IMG/VR virus record: IMGVR_UViG_3300050343_000130
DNA: 64,000 nucleotides
Source of the DNA: an uncultured virus (IMG/VR IMGVR_UViG_3300050343_000130)
Taxonomy: Duplodnaviria > Heunggongvirae > Uroviricota > Caudoviricetes > Crassvirales
Direction: 5' to 3' (one strand)
Shown: piece after piece, positions 29,545 to 41,293 of the stretch
Layout of the letters: each line of letters starts with the position of its first letter
How positions within the stretch are numbered: the first letter of the stretch is position 1
Notes under the pieces: model-generated
Databases searched by the model: none
Seen by the model: only the letters and a program-made list of their open reading frames with translations
Told to the model about the DNA's origin: nothing
Program-made: the position numbers and the translations under genes

Positions 29545-31002
29545 ATGGCATTTGATGTAGCGCCAGCAACGTTGGCAAATTTAAACCACCTTACACCGAG
29601 ACCAGTAAAGGGGCTGTTTGGAGATAACTATTTATCTTTAGCAGATATGAGCTGGACTCAACAATTTTTACCTGAAGTTTACGAGAAAGAAGTAGAGAGA
29701 TACGGTAACCGTACTATCACTGGATTCTTAAGAATGGTAGGAGCAGAGATGCCTATGGCATCAGATCAAGTAGTTTGGTCAGAACAAGGAAGATTACACA
29801 TAGCTTACGATACGGCAGTATCTAATGCACCTGCAGGAGCAGCTGGTACTCAGACTATCGGTTTACCTTCTCCAGGAGCAGATGGAAAAGTTCCATTATT
29901 AGGACCTGGTATGACTATCGTTATTGCTAAAGGTACTGTAACTAACAAAGCATTTGTTAAGTCTGTAGGGGCTTTAGCAGGTGGTGTTCAGACTTACGCT
30001 ATTGAAGTATATGATAACGCAAACAGAAACCTTACAGTAGCTTTACAAGGAGCAACAAATGGTAACGGTAACTTAAGCTTATTCGTATTTGGTTCTGAAT
30101 ATGGAAAAGGATCTTCATTAGCTGGTAATTCAGTTGATGCATCTTTTACAACTTTCAGTAACAAACCAATCATCTTAAGAGACAAGTATGAGGTTAACGG
30201 TTCAGACGTTGCTCAAATTGGATGGGTTGAAGTTACTACTGAAATAGGAACTGGTGGATACTTATGGTACTTAAAATCTGAGCATGAGTCAAGAATTAGA
30301 TTCGAAGACTACTTAGAAATGAGTATGGTTGAAGCAGAAAATGCAGCTACTCCATTCACGAATGCAGCAGGAGCTACACTTTCAGGTATGCAAGGATTAT
30401 TCTCTACACTAGAAGAAAGAGGATTAGTATGGTCAGGAACTGATTTTGCAACAGTAGGTGCAGGAACAGGGATCGATGCATTTGATCAAATCTTACAAGA
30501 GCTAGATAAGCAGGGAGCTATTGAGGAGAACATGATGTTTTTAGATAGAGCTACGTCTCTAGGTATTGACGACATGCTAGCTGCTCAAAATTCTTACGGA
30601 GCTGGAGGTACATCTTACGGTGTATTTGACAATTCTGAAGATATGGCACTAAACCTTGGATTCTCTGGATTCAGAAGAGGAGCTTACGATTTCTACAAAA
30701 CAGACTGGAAATATTTAAATGATTCTACAACTCGTGGATTAATTAACGATATCAAAGGTGTTATTGTACCGGCTGGAACTTCTACAGTTTACGATCAACA
30801 ATTAGGACAAAACATTTCAAGACCTTTCTTACACATCAGATACAGAGCTTCTGAAGCTGATGATAGAAGACTAAAATCTTGGGTGACTGGTTCAGTTGGC
30901 GGAAACTATACAAGTGACACGGATGTTATGAATGTGCATTTCTTATCAGAAAGAACAATGTGTACTCAAGCAGCGAACAACTTCGTATTATTAAAAGCTT
31001 AG
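29545..31002 (+). CDS. major capsid protein
   Basis: 485 aa, strongly biased codons, follows scaffold, followed by hairpin. Confidence 0.8.
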   Translation: MAFDVAPATLANLNHLTPRPVKGLFGDNYLSLADMSWTQQFLPEVYEKEVERYGNRTITGFLRMVGAEMPMASDQVVWSEQGRLHIAYDTAVSNAPAGAAGTQTIGLPSPGADGKVPLLGPGMTIVIAKGTVTNKAFVKSVGALAGGVQTYAIEVYDNANRNLTVALQGATNGNGNLSLFVFGSEYGKGSSLAGNSVDASFTTFSNKPIILRDKYEVNGSDVAQIGWVEVTTEIGTGGYLWYLKSEHESRIRFEDYLEMSMVEAENAATPFTNAAGATLSGMQGLFSTLEERGLVWSGTDFATVGAGTGIDAFDQILQELDKQGAIEENMMFLDRATSLGIDDMLAAQNSYGAGGTSYGVFDNSEDMALNLGFSGFRRGAYDFYKTDWKYLNDSTTRGLINDIKGVIVPAGTSTVYDQQLGQNISRPFLHIRYRASEADDRRLKSWVTGSVGGNYTSDTDVMNVHFLSERTMCTQAANNFVLLKA

Positions 31003-31021
31003 GCTGACTATCAAGTAGTGG

Positions 31022-31048
31022 TTACCCTCGTTGAACTGACGGGGGTAA
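31022..31048 (+). terminator. stem-loop after major capsid gene
   Basis: TTACCCTCGT-TGAACTG-ACGGGGGTAA. Confidence 0.6.
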
Positions 31049-31084
31049 TTATTACTCTTATTAACATTTATATTATATTATATC

Positions 31085-31891
31085 ATGGCTAAAAAAGCAC
31101 AAGCAGAAACTATTGAGGTTGCACCTCAAAAAATAAAAGTACCTGAAGTAAAAAAAGATACTTGGGTAATTAAAGATAGATTATATGAACTTGCTACGGG
31201 TAAAGAACCCTTAGTATATTCTATAGCAACAGCGCATTCAAGAGTTAAATCACTACTTTGGTTTGATGAAGAAAAAGGGTATCAAAGAGAATTAAGATAC
31301 GCAACCAACCAAAGATCACCATTCGTTGACGAACAAAAAGGTCAAGTTATAATGGGGAGAATCATTTTTAGAAATGGTAAATTATCAGTGAAAAAAGAAG
31401 ATGTTGCATTACAAAAACTATTATCATTATATCACCCAGATTTGGGTTTAATATATAAAGAATATAAACCTCAACAAGTTGCTACTAATGAAGTAGAATG
31501 GATTGAGTTTGAATTACAAGCATTGAATATGGCCAAAGGATTATCCTTAGAAGATGCTGAAGCTATATTGCGTGTAGAAGTTGGGGAACAAGTAAATACA
31601 TTATCATCATCTGAATTAAAAAGAGATGTATTAATATTTGCTAGAAAAAACCCACAATTATTCCTTGAGTTAGCAACAGATGACAATACCCAATTAAGAA
31701 ACTTCGGTATTAAAGCTGTTGAAGCGGGAATATTAAATTTATCACAAGATCAAAGAACTTTCACTTACGGTGGAAATGGTCGAAAAGTAATGACTGTACC
31801 ATTTGATGAGCATCCTTATTCAGCTCTATCAGCATTTTTCAAAACAGATGAAGGTATGGAAATATACAAAGCAATTGAAAAAAGACTTTAA
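31085..31891 (+). CDS. conserved hypothetical protein (head module)
   Basis: 268-aa ORF after capsid gene. Confidence 0.7.
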   Translation: MAKKAQAETIEVAPQKIKVPEVKKDTWVIKDRLYELATGKEPLVYSIATAHSRVKSLLWFDEEKGYQRELRYATNQRSPFVDEQKGQVIMGRIIFRNGKLSVKKEDVALQKLLSLYHPDLGLIYKEYKPQQVATNEVEWIEFELQALNMAKGLSLEDAEAILRVEVGEQVNTLSSSELKRDVLIFARKNPQLFLELATDDNTQLRNFGIKAVEAGILNLSQDQRTFTYGGNGRKVMTVPFDEHPYSALSAFFKTDEGMEIYKAIEKRL

Positions 31892-31905
31892 TAGTCACCT
31901 TATAG

Positions 31906-31933
31906 TAATAGGCTACTAAACGGTGGCCTATTA
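31906..31933 (+). terminator. stem-loop
   Basis: TAATAGGCTAC-TAAACG-GTGGCCTATTA. Confidence 0.55.
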
Positions 31934-31955
31934 TTATAATAATAAAAAATAAATT

Positions 31956-32708
31956 ATGGCTGTAAGCGTAGATACTGTATATCAAAGAGTATTAGCAATA
32001 CTTAATAAAGAACAAAGAGGGTATGTTACTCCTCAAGAATTTAATCTATTTGCTAATCAAGCTCAATTAGATATATTCGAACAATACTTTTATGATATTA
32101 ATCAGTTTGGAAGAGTACCAGGTAATGATACCGAGTTTTCCGATATGCTTAACATCCTTAATGAAAAGATTAACATATTCGAAAAAAATGGGCCTATGAC
32201 TTATAGTGCTCAAAACTATTGGACAGCGCCCGCTGATCTATATAGGTTAGGTACTATTGTTTATGCAAACACAGTATCATCCCTTTCATTATATCCAACA
32301 CCAAATACTGTAGTAAATACAACGACTCTTGTTGAAGCGGAACGCACAAACTACAATGAGTACTTAATGATCAATCAATCCGAGTATTTAAAACCTACTA
32401 ACTCAAGACCTGTTTTTGTGGCTAGTGATGCTGGCTATAAGGTATACGGTGCAAGTGGCGAGTTAATTACCGGTGTAACGTGTAATTATATAAAAGTACC
32501 GTCAGAGGTAGCGTGGGGATACCAAATGGTATACGGTGAAGCATTGTATGACGCTACAACCGCTGTTAATTTTGAGTTGCATGAATCAGAAGAAACCGAG
32601 CTAGTTATCAAGATATTAGGCTTTGCTGGTTTATCTACTAAAGAAATTCAAATGTATCAAGTTGCTAATAGCATAGAGGCGCAAACTACACAACAAGAAA
32701 AACAATAA
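31956..32708 (+). CDS. head-tail adaptor / tail ring protein
   Basis: NKEQRGY.TP.EFN.FANQAQ N-terminus, position. Confidence 0.6.
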   Translation: MAVSVDTVYQRVLAILNKEQRGYVTPQEFNLFANQAQLDIFEQYFYDINQFGRVPGNDTEFSDMLNILNEKINIFEKNGPMTYSAQNYWTAPADLYRLGTIVYANTVSSLSLYPTPNTVVNTTTLVEAERTNYNEYLMINQSEYLKPTNSRPVFVASDAGYKVYGASGELITGVTCNYIKVPSEVAWGYQMVYGEALYDATTAVNFELHESEETELVIKILGFAGLSTKEIQMYQVANSIEAQTTQQEKQ

Positions 32709-32711
32709 TAG

Positions 32712-33635
32712 ATGGCATTAATAAATAAAACACAGGAAGAATATTATTTAGGACCAGACGGTGTTTGGGATAGTAATGATGAAAATTACGGTGGCTATCA
32801 GTTTGTAAGCATATCAGATATTATAAACAATTTTATGGTTATTTATGTTGGCCAAGAAAAAATAATAACAAAAGTTAAAAGAACAGATGTTGCTTTCCAT
32901 GCTCAACAAGCTATACAAGAGTTTAGTTTCGATACTTTACCACAAGAAAAATCAGTTGAGATTGAGTGTCCTCCTGGTTTATATATGGTTATGCCTCAGG
33001 ATTATGTTAACTATACTAAATTATCTTGGGTAGATAATAAGGGTATTGAAAGAATAATATACAGAACAGACCTAACTAGTAACCCGCTTCCATATGCACA
33101 AGACGGTAATTACGAATATATATTCGATGAAAACGGTGAAGTTGCATATCCTCAACCATCTGAAACATTAAGGAGATGGCAAGAAAACAGCAGATACCCT
33201 TTAGGTGATTCTGAGAACGGTTGGAACGCTTGGCAAAATAACCCAGACTTGTTAAATCTTTATGCTTATGGCGGAAGATACGGTATAAATCCAGAACAAA
33301 CACAATCTAATGGTGTATTTTATATAGATCAAAAGAAAGGCATGATACGCTTTAGTTCAAATCTAGTTGGCAAAATTGTAACTTTAAAATATATAAGCGA
33401 TGGGCTTGGTTCCGATGAAGACATGACTGTTCATAAATTTGCCATTGATGCAATATACAAATATATAGCTCACGCTATCTTATCAGTAAGAGCCAACACA
33501 CAAGAATACGCTATACAAAGATTTAAAAAAGAAATGGTAGCAGCTAGAAGAAATGCTAAGATTCGTTTATCAGAATTAAAATCAGATCTAATGGCACAAG
33601 TAATGAGAAATCAATCCAAATGGATTAAATCGTAA
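32712..33635 (+). CDS. tail ring/structural protein
   Basis: Position between adaptor and tail stabilisation gene; LKYISDG motif. Confidence 0.6.
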   Translation: MALINKTQEEYYLGPDGVWDSNDENYGGYQFVSISDIINNFMVIYVGQEKIITKVKRTDVAFHAQQAIQEFSFDTLPQEKSVEIECPPGLYMVMPQDYVNYTKLSWVDNKGIERIIYRTDLTSNPLPYAQDGNYEYIFDENGEVAYPQPSETLRRWQENSRYPLGDSENGWNAWQNNPDLLNLYAYGGRYGINPEQTQSNGVFYIDQKKGMIRFSSNLVGKIVTLKYISDGLGSDEDMTVHKFAIDAIYKYIAHAILSVRANTQEYAIQRFKKEMVAARRNAKIRLSELKSDLMAQVMRNQSKWIKS

Positions 33636-33641
33636 AACTGA

Positions 33642-36600
33642 ATGGCAGAATTAATACACACATTTACCTGGGAAAATGAACAAAGATCTTGATGAAAGAT
33701 TAGTTCCTAACGGTGAATATCGCGATGCTTTAAATTTAGAGATTGCCTCTTCTGATAATTCACAAGTCGGTTCATTTCAAAATATAAAAGGTAATAGAGA
33801 ATTATTCTATGAGTCTAAGCAACTTAAAAAACAGGTGCTTTTACTTTATGGAGTGGCAGTGATTATATAACATCACTAAGCAATCCTGTGTGTATTGGCG
33901 CAATCTCCGATGAAAATTCAGATGATATATATTGGTTTATAGCCTCAGATAATGTAAGTGCTATAGCTAAATATAATTCTATAACTCAATTAACACTCCC
34001 ATTACTTGTAGACACCCAAAACATTTTAAAATTTAGCAAAAATTATTTAATAACTGGTATTAACGTACTTGAGGGTATGTTATTTTGGACTGACAATCAA
34101 ACAGAGCCAAAAAAAATAATCATAAAAGATTGGGCACCGCCAGCTAATTTCTCTACTCATTCACAAATATATGGCAGAAACTTTATAGAATCTGATATAA
34201 CTGTTATAAAAAAATATCCTTTACAACCACCAACAATAACAACTTACTCAACTACGCAAAAGCTACCAGATGGCACTGTTGCTAATATTGATACTCAAAC
34301 ATTATTTTCTTTTACAAAAAACGTAGGGACTGTTGCAGCGCCTATAATAGCGCCTTTATCACCACAAGATGGGGCACAAACTTTAACCTGGCTAGGCAAT
34401 ACTCCTCCATACTACAAGGTTGGAGACATTTTAATATTTTCATTAGCCACCAATGATCCTTTAGATACAGATGCGGTTATAAAGTGTAAAGTATTAAGTG
34501 TTATTGGTGGAAGTACAAATCAAACAGGAGCATCAGTACAAGTTCTTACAGTAGGCCCAGGTTCTGAAACACAAACATTAGACCCCGGTTTATTTGATGT
34601 AACTCTTGAAGAAGACACACCGTTTTTTGAAATGAGATTTGCAAGGTTTGGTTATAGATACAAATATGAAAATAATGAAATATCTGCATTTTCTCCATTT
34701 AGCAATCCAGCCTTTATACCTGGAGCTTTTGATTACTCCCCAAGACAAGGCTATAATTTAGCTATGGTTAATAATGTTCGACAATTAACTATATCTAATT
34801 TTATTCCGTCTAATATTCCAGTGGATGTAATTAGTGTTGATATATTATACAAAGCTACCAACAATGCAAATGTATATGTGGTAGATACATTTACATCGAA
34901 TGATGATGAGTGGACTTCTAATAGCTTTAATATTGAAACAGAAATAATAACATCTGTTGTTAATGCTAATCAATTATTAAGACCATATGATAATGTACCT
35001 AAAGCTGCGTTAGCCCAAGAGATTACTGCCAATAGGCTTATATACGGAAATTACGTACAAAACTTTAATTTGTTAACTCCAAGCGGAGATACTTTACAGA
35101 CAATTTTAGCTATAGGTACTGATTCAAATGAACTTTTTGATCCAGTTACAAATAGTTTGACAAGCGTTACTATAGATAATGAGCAGGTTGCTGAATCAAT
35201 AAAATCACTAAGAACATACCAAGTGGGGGTTGCTTACATGGACGAATACGGTAGAACAACTCCTGTGTTTACAAGTAAAGAAGCTTCTGTTGTTATACCC
35301 AAAGAAGAGGCGCAATTTTCAAATAAGCTAACAGCTCAGTTAGCAAGCGCAATACCTTATTACGATCAGCAAAATCAATTTCCTTATTTTAAATACTATG
35401 TTAAGGAAACTTCTCAGGAGTATTATAATTTATGTTTAGATAGATTTTATGATGCTGAGGATGGTAATATATGGTTGTCTTTTCCATCGGCAGAAAGAAA
35501 CAAAGTAGACGAGGAAACTTTTATTATACTAAAAAAAGAGCATGATAATAATGATCCCGTAACTGAACAAGCTAGATATAAAATTATTGCAATTGAAAAT
35601 GAAGCTCCTCAATATTTAAAAGAAACAAAACTATCCATGGGGCTTCTTGCGACTACTTTTAATGTTGGTGGTTTTCCAATAGAAGGTGTTAATGAAATTT
35701 GGGTAGACAAAGACGACTTTGATGAACAATTTGGGGATACGACAAGAACGACCTCAGGTTTATTAATGAGGGTAACAGCGGGGGCAAACGTTAGTGAATA
35801 TTATAAAATAACCACGTTTGGATTAGCAGGAGCTAGCAATGCTTATGTTAGGTTACAGAGCTCTTCTGTTTTTGGCCCTGATATGAATTTCACGTCTACA
35901 TCACCTTATGGGTTTCCAAATGCAATTAGCGGTTTAAATTTAGAAATTTCAAGAGTTGAAATACAAAATAAACCAGAATTTACTGGTAGGTTCTTTGTCA
36001 AGGTGAATCAAGATGCTTTATTGGAACAAAAAATAGTAGCCGCATCTGCTAGTGCTAATGCTAACTATGCTAGAAAAGCATTAGGATACTGTTATTGGCT
36101 AACTGGCACTTATACGAGTGCTGGATTTTGGCAGGATTATTGGAAGAGGCCTGATGCGCAAGGAGCAACTAACAGGCTATTTATAGATAATATGCGCGCT
36201 GATTGTGAGCCTCGTGGAAACGGAGTAAATATAGCGGGCTCTATGGAATTAAGTTGGTCTGGTGGATATGGAGGATCAAGAGGTGATGGTATTAGATTGG
36301 AAAATCCAGCTTTATTAGAACAACTAGATAGCGGCGGAGTTTTATTTAGATTTATAGATGCAGGCAATGGTATATCAGATCCACAAGGCACAATATATCA
36401 AGTAACTAGCGTTACTAAATTAAGAGGTAATGTTTGGGATTGTAGTGACAACTGGTTTGACAACCATAGTGCATTTACAAATCAATTAACAAAATGGAAA
36501 ATAAAATTTAATGTAGCTAATGGATGGCAAGGTTTACAATGGGACCCTACTAATACCACAGATGGAATTGCGCCCTGGGTACAAAGTCAATCTAGTTATA

Positions 36601-38144
36601 ATAATGCCTATGTTGGAATTGAATTTATAGGTTTTGGAACAGATGATGATAGTTTTACAACAAATAATCCAGCTATATTTGAAACAGAACCAAAAGAAGC
36701 TGCAGAGCTTGATATATACTACGAAGTTCCCGGGTCTTATGCTAAATCAGAAGCGGGTAACGTGCATCAGTTAGATTTTTTTAATTGCTATTCATTTGGT
36801 AATGGTGTTGAATCAGATCGTATAAGAGATGATTATAATCAACCTACAATAGAAAATGGAGTTAAAGCATCGGCAACTTTAGACGAGCCTTATAACGAAG
36901 AACACAGAGGTAATGGCTTAATATTTTCACAAATATTTAATTCAACATCTGGTGTTAATGGTTTAAACCAATTTATACAAGCAGAATCTATTACTAAAGA
37001 TGTAAACCCAGAGTATGGTAGCATACAAAAGCTTTACTCTAGAGACACTAACTTAGTTACATTGTGTGAAAATAAGTCAATGAAAATATTGGCCAATAAG
37101 GATGCTCTATTCAATGCTGATGGCAGTTCCAACATTACATCTAATCAAGCGGTGCTTGGAGCGACTGTAACTTTTCAAGGAGAATTTGGTATTGCAACAA
37201 ACCCAGAATCATTTGCTGAATACGGATTTAGAATGTATTATACAGATGCGAATAGAGGAACTGTCATAAGACTTTCAAATGATGGCATTACAGAAATTTC
37301 AGATTACGGAATGCATGGATTCTTTTCAGATAACTTAAAATTAAACAGTAAGATTGTGGGTACATGGGATGCTGATAGAAGAAATTACAATGTTTCTTTG
37401 TCAACGCTTTCTCCGTACTGGCAACAAACATTAGGGGCTGGACAATTTGATAGGCTTAATAAAGATCCTTTATGTAATCAATTTGTTAATACATATCCAA
37501 CAACTTCTACAACTATTTCATTTAAAGAAGATGTGAATGGATGGACTTCTAGGAAAACTTATATACCAGAAGCCGGTGTGTTTTTGAATGGTGTTTATTA
37601 CACATTTAAAGCTGGTAGATTATGGGAACATAATAGTAACGCCTTACATAATACTTTTTATGGGACAGGACCAAATAGTGTTTCGCTGGGCGCTTATTAT
37701 GAAAGTTCTTTCAACGTTATATTTAACGAGCAGCCTTCTAGTGTTAAAGGATTTAAAACAGTAAATTATAGTGGTACTGCTTCTAAAGAATATGTGTATA
37801 AAATATTACCTAGTCTGAGGACTTATTCATTGGCACAAATTCAAGCACAACAATTAACACCTAATAATGTAACATCTACAGTCGGATGGTATACTAATTC
37901 TATTACAACGGATTTACAAGAGGGTCAAGTCAAAGAATTTGTAGATAAAGAAGGTAAATATTTTAATTACATAAGAGGATTGAATACTTTTTACAATACA
38001 AATTGTGATAACAATGTTGACTCCCATGAATTTAATGTACAGGGTATTGGAAGAGCATCTGCAATAAGCGGGAATGTAAATCCTACTGAATTTACAGTAA
38101 CAACTTCACTTGACGATAACTGTTTCCCTGATCCAACACCTTAA
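33642..38144 (+). CDS. tail stabilisation/nozzle protein (frameshifts at ~33670 and ~33820)
   Basis: GKMNKDLDERLVPNGEYRDALN N-terminus, GNGVESDRIRDD and FGIATNPESFA; ORFs 33676 and 33888 join. Confidence 0.7.
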
Positions 38145-38162
38145 TATAGAAACGCAAAAGAT

Positions 38163-39632
38163 ATGGCATCAATACAAATAAATAATTTTTCAGTAACGGT
38201 TGTTACTTTTGACGCGGTAGTTGGGGTTGATTTTACTCAAAACAATCCTTCTGTTGTATTGTTATTAACTCCTGATCCTGGATATACATTAACAGCGTCT
38301 AATTTTACCGCAACAAGTCCGCTACCTAATTATGTAAGCAGTGCTGTATTTTCTCAAAATGGATTAAATGTAAATTGTGTTGTTAACTATATATCACCAA
38401 GTATTATGCCTGCGGCAGATGTACTTATAGATGTATGTGGTACTGGATTTGCCGTAGAAACCAACTCAACATTAAATGGTATAATAAAAAGCTGTGGTAT
38501 ATCATACGTATCTAATCCGCCTAATGACTTAAAACCTCCAGTTGCTTATAATGGAAGCGGTGCTTTTGGAACATCCGCTATTGTAATTTCTCAAACAGTG
38601 ACAGCCGATGCGGGTTTTTATTTTGACACGGAACCTTCCTTATCTTTAACTATAGGAATTATAAATAACTACACTATTACTAGTGTAAAAACATATAATA
38701 CAGAAGGCTTACTTACTCAAATAATATTTACTGTAAATTATACTTTTCCAGCAAACAATGTCACTGGAGATGAATTTTGTTTGATTGCTAATGCTGTCCC
38801 TATATACAATCCACCTACAGAAATACAATCTTATAGCTTTAATACTTCTGCTATAATTTCTTCTGGAGAAACAAGAACATTCACAATAAACGGTATTGAA
38901 GGGGCTAATTGGAACTTAGTAGCGCTAGCTAATGTTGGAGGAGCTAATATAGTTAACACATCGGGAACTATAGACTCGACAGGGCAAGCTATTGTGAATG
39001 TAATATTCCCTTTAACCACAGTTGATCAAACTTATACCTTTACATTAACAGGAAATTTAGCGAGTACATTCGATACAACAAGTGGGCAACCTTCAATATT
39101 TACAGTATATCAATATATTTCGAAAACTCTTTGCTTTGCTTTTACCAGTACAAATTCAGATATAACAGTAGGTGCTCCGGATTGCAAAACATTTATACCT
39201 TATTCAGAAACACCAGAAACTTATAGCTATACGATTACAGCTACTTCTACATCTAACATTGTTTTACTTAATCCATTGCCAAGTGGCGAATGGACAAATC
39301 AAAATTTATTACAACCAAATTTTGGACAAAATGTAGATAGCACCTCGACTATAATAAACAATACAGTCACACCTAAAACTTTAACAGCTAATATATTAGT
39401 CGCTATTGATTTTGCAGGTACAACAAACTTATCGAGTGTATTTAATTTAGATAGTTATGTTCAAGGCCCTTTAGTTCCTGTTTCGTTATCTTTTGGATCA
39501 ACAGCAACTTTAGCTTGTTGTACAGCGCCGGCTAGCAATTATTTTGTAGCAAGCGGACAAACATTTTTAACAGCAACATCAATATTAGACGCTTCAGGAA
39601 ATCCTGCAGCAGATGGATTTTATAAACAATAA
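38163..39632 (+). CDS. tail-associated beta-rich protein
   Basis: Thr/Asn/Ser-rich, Ig-like pattern. Confidence 0.6.
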   Translation: MASIQINNFSVTVVTFDAVVGVDFTQNNPSVVLLLTPDPGYTLTASNFTATSPLPNYVSSAVFSQNGLNVNCVVNYISPSIMPAADVLIDVCGTGFAVETNSTLNGIIKSCGISYVSNPPNDLKPPVAYNGSGAFGTSAIVISQTVTADAGFYFDTEPSLSLTIGIINNYTITSVKTYNTEGLLTQIIFTVNYTFPANNVTGDEFCLIANAVPIYNPPTEIQSYSFNTSAIISSGETRTFTINGIEGANWNLVALANVGGANIVNTSGTIDSTGQAIVNVIFPLTTVDQTYTFTLTGNLASTFDTTSGQPSIFTVYQYISKTLCFAFTSTNSDITVGAPDCKTFIPYSETPETYSYTITATSTSNIVLLNPLPSGEWTNQNLLQPNFGQNVDSTSTIINNTVTPKTLTANILVAIDFAGTTNLSSVFNLDSYVQGPLVPVSLSFGSTATLACCTAPASNYFVASGQTFLTATSILDASGNPAADGFYKQ

Positions 39633-39637
39633 TAAAT

Positions 39638-39895
39638 ATGGCAACTTACAGACAACAAACAGGAGCGACATTAGGTTCATCACAAACTTGTGCAACCTGT
39701 TCTACACAATTAATTTTGTGTTATGCATCTACAACTAGTGCTTTGTGTTGTGGAACATCTACAACAGCAACAGTATATGTAGCCTCCGGGGCAACATTTG
39801 CTACAGCAACAAACTTATATTCTGATGCAGCTTTAACAACTTTAGCTACGGCTGGTTTTTATAGCTCAAATGCAGGTACTTGTTCAACACCTTAA
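39638..39895 (+). CDS. small Cys/Thr-rich virion protein
   Basis: MATYRQQ start shared with the next gene. Confidence 0.6.
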   Translation: MATYRQQTGATLGSSQTCATCSTQLILCYASTTSALCCGTSTTATVYVASGATFATATNLYSDAALTTLATAGFYSSNAGTCSTP

Positions 39896-39906
39896 TATAA
39901 TTTAAT

Positions 39907-40242
39907 ATGGCAACTTATAGACAACAAAGTGGGCTTGGCTTGGCCGCGGAAAACACTTGTCCCAGCTGTAGCACCTCGTGGAAAGCTACTAATTGCAACA
40001 ACCCCAGTACTGTTTATTATTTAGACAAATTAAACGGTTATCAAGGAAGCCAATCTATAGTTTTATCTTATAGCTATTCTGTTGGAGATGTAGTATGGGT
40101 TAAAAATTCACCGAGCGGTGCAATATATTGCGCTACAATAACAGCCAATTCGTCATCACCACCTTTGGCTTATAAAATAGATGAAAACGCTAATAGCGGG
40201 AACGGTCCTTATTCTAATTGTTCAAGCTGTACAGTACCTTAA
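39907..40242 (+). CDS. small Cys-rich virion protein
   Basis: MATYRQQ start, CxxC pairs. Confidence 0.6.
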   Translation: MATYRQQSGLGLAAENTCPSCSTSWKATNCNNPSTVYYLDKLNGYQGSQSIVLSYSYSVGDVVWVKNSPSGAIYCATITANSSSPPLAYKIDENANSGNGPYSNCSSCTVP

Positions 40243-40253
40243 TAAAATAATTT

Positions 40254-40583
40254 ATGGCAAGTATAACATTAACATTTCCACAACCCTTGAACGTATCTGT
40301 TCAAATAGGAGACACTGCTTATTTTACTAATGATATAAACGGTGATGATATACAAAAAATAGGTATAATAACCGGTATACCTTCAGCGTCGTCTATAACA
40401 TGTAACATAGCTTCTTCTCAAACAAGACCAACTGTTACTAGTTTTATACTGTTTAGTAAAACAGCAAATGTAAATACAAGCGGATTAAAAGGCTACTATG
40501 CTGAAATGCAATTAAAAAATGATTCATTAGATTATGCAGAATTATTTTTAGTTGGTTCTGAAATATTTGAAAGTAGCAAATAA
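40254..40583 (+). CDS. structural hypothetical protein
   Basis: LNVSVQIGDTAY...GLKGYYAE...ESSK. Confidence 0.65.
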   Translation: MASITLTFPQPLNVSVQIGDTAYFTNDINGDDIQKIGIITGIPSASSITCNIASSQTRPTVTSFILFSKTANVNTSGLKGYYAEMQLKNDSLDYAELFLVGSEIFESSK

Positions 40584-40596
40584 TACGTAATAATAA
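40582..40596 (+). promoter_or_regulatory. class II promoter-like motif
   Basis: AATACGTAATAATAA, 23 nt upstream of the ejection-protein operon. Confidence 0.65.
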
Positions 40597-40618
40597 CCTA
40601 TAAAACAATTCAATACAT

Positions 40619-41284
40619 ATGATACCAATGTTAGGTGCCGTACAGGGTCTCGCGGGAATAGCCGGGGGGATCATAGGAAGCGGTAAAAGAAAACGAGAAC
40701 AAAGAAAAGCTCAGAAAGAATTTGATAAGAACAAAGCACGTATGGAGGGCTTGGATACATCTAACTTAGCTGTTAACCAAGAAAACACCATGGAAGACTT
40801 GACTGTCAACACACAGCAAGCTGACTTTGTAAATCAACAGCAACAAGCTGGTATGGCTAGTACTATGGATAAGTTATCCGGTGCTGCTGGTGGATCCGGT
40901 ATTGCTGCATTGGCACAATCACTTGCTCAACAGCAAACCGCAAATGCTCAATCAGCATCTGCAAGTATTGGACAGCAAGAAGCTCAAAACCAAATGGCAG
41001 AAAGACAAATGGCTGCACAACTTCAAAGACAAGAGTTACAAGGAGCTTATGATTCAAGAGCTGCTGAAAAAGATAAAACGGAAACTATGCTGGGTATGTC
41101 ACAGCAAAGACTCGGAGCTGCTAATGCGGCTAGAGATGCTGCTACTAAATCAATAATTGGTGGAGTTTCAGGTTTAGCTGGTGCTGCTTTGCCACAAATA
41201 CCAGGACTTGGTGGAAGAGGCGGAGATTTTGTTCAGAATATGTTTGGCCTTGGGAAAAGTGATCAAGCGCCAAAAAAACTTTAA
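40619..41284 (+). CDS. putative ejection/internal virion protein 1
   Basis: Gly/Ala hydrophobic N-terminus, Q/A-rich coil; first of three size-increasing genes typical of podovirus ejection proteins. Confidence 0.6.
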   Translation: MIPMLGAVQGLAGIAGGIIGSGKRKREQRKAQKEFDKNKARMEGLDTSNLAVNQENTMEDLTVNTQQADFVNQQQQAGMASTMDKLSGAAGGSGIAALAQSLAQQQTANAQSASASIGQQEAQNQMAERQMAAQLQRQELQGAYDSRAAEKDKTETMLGMSQQRLGAANAARDAATKSIIGGVSGLAGAALPQIPGLGGRGGDFVQNMFGLGKSDQAPKKL

Positions 41285-41293
41285 TAACACATT

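Noticed and set aside
23603..38144. Stop-codon reassignment (as in some crAss-like phages) explaining split genes
   Set aside because: The pieces are in different frames rather than separated by in-frame stops; TAA, TAG and TGA all end intact genes normally.
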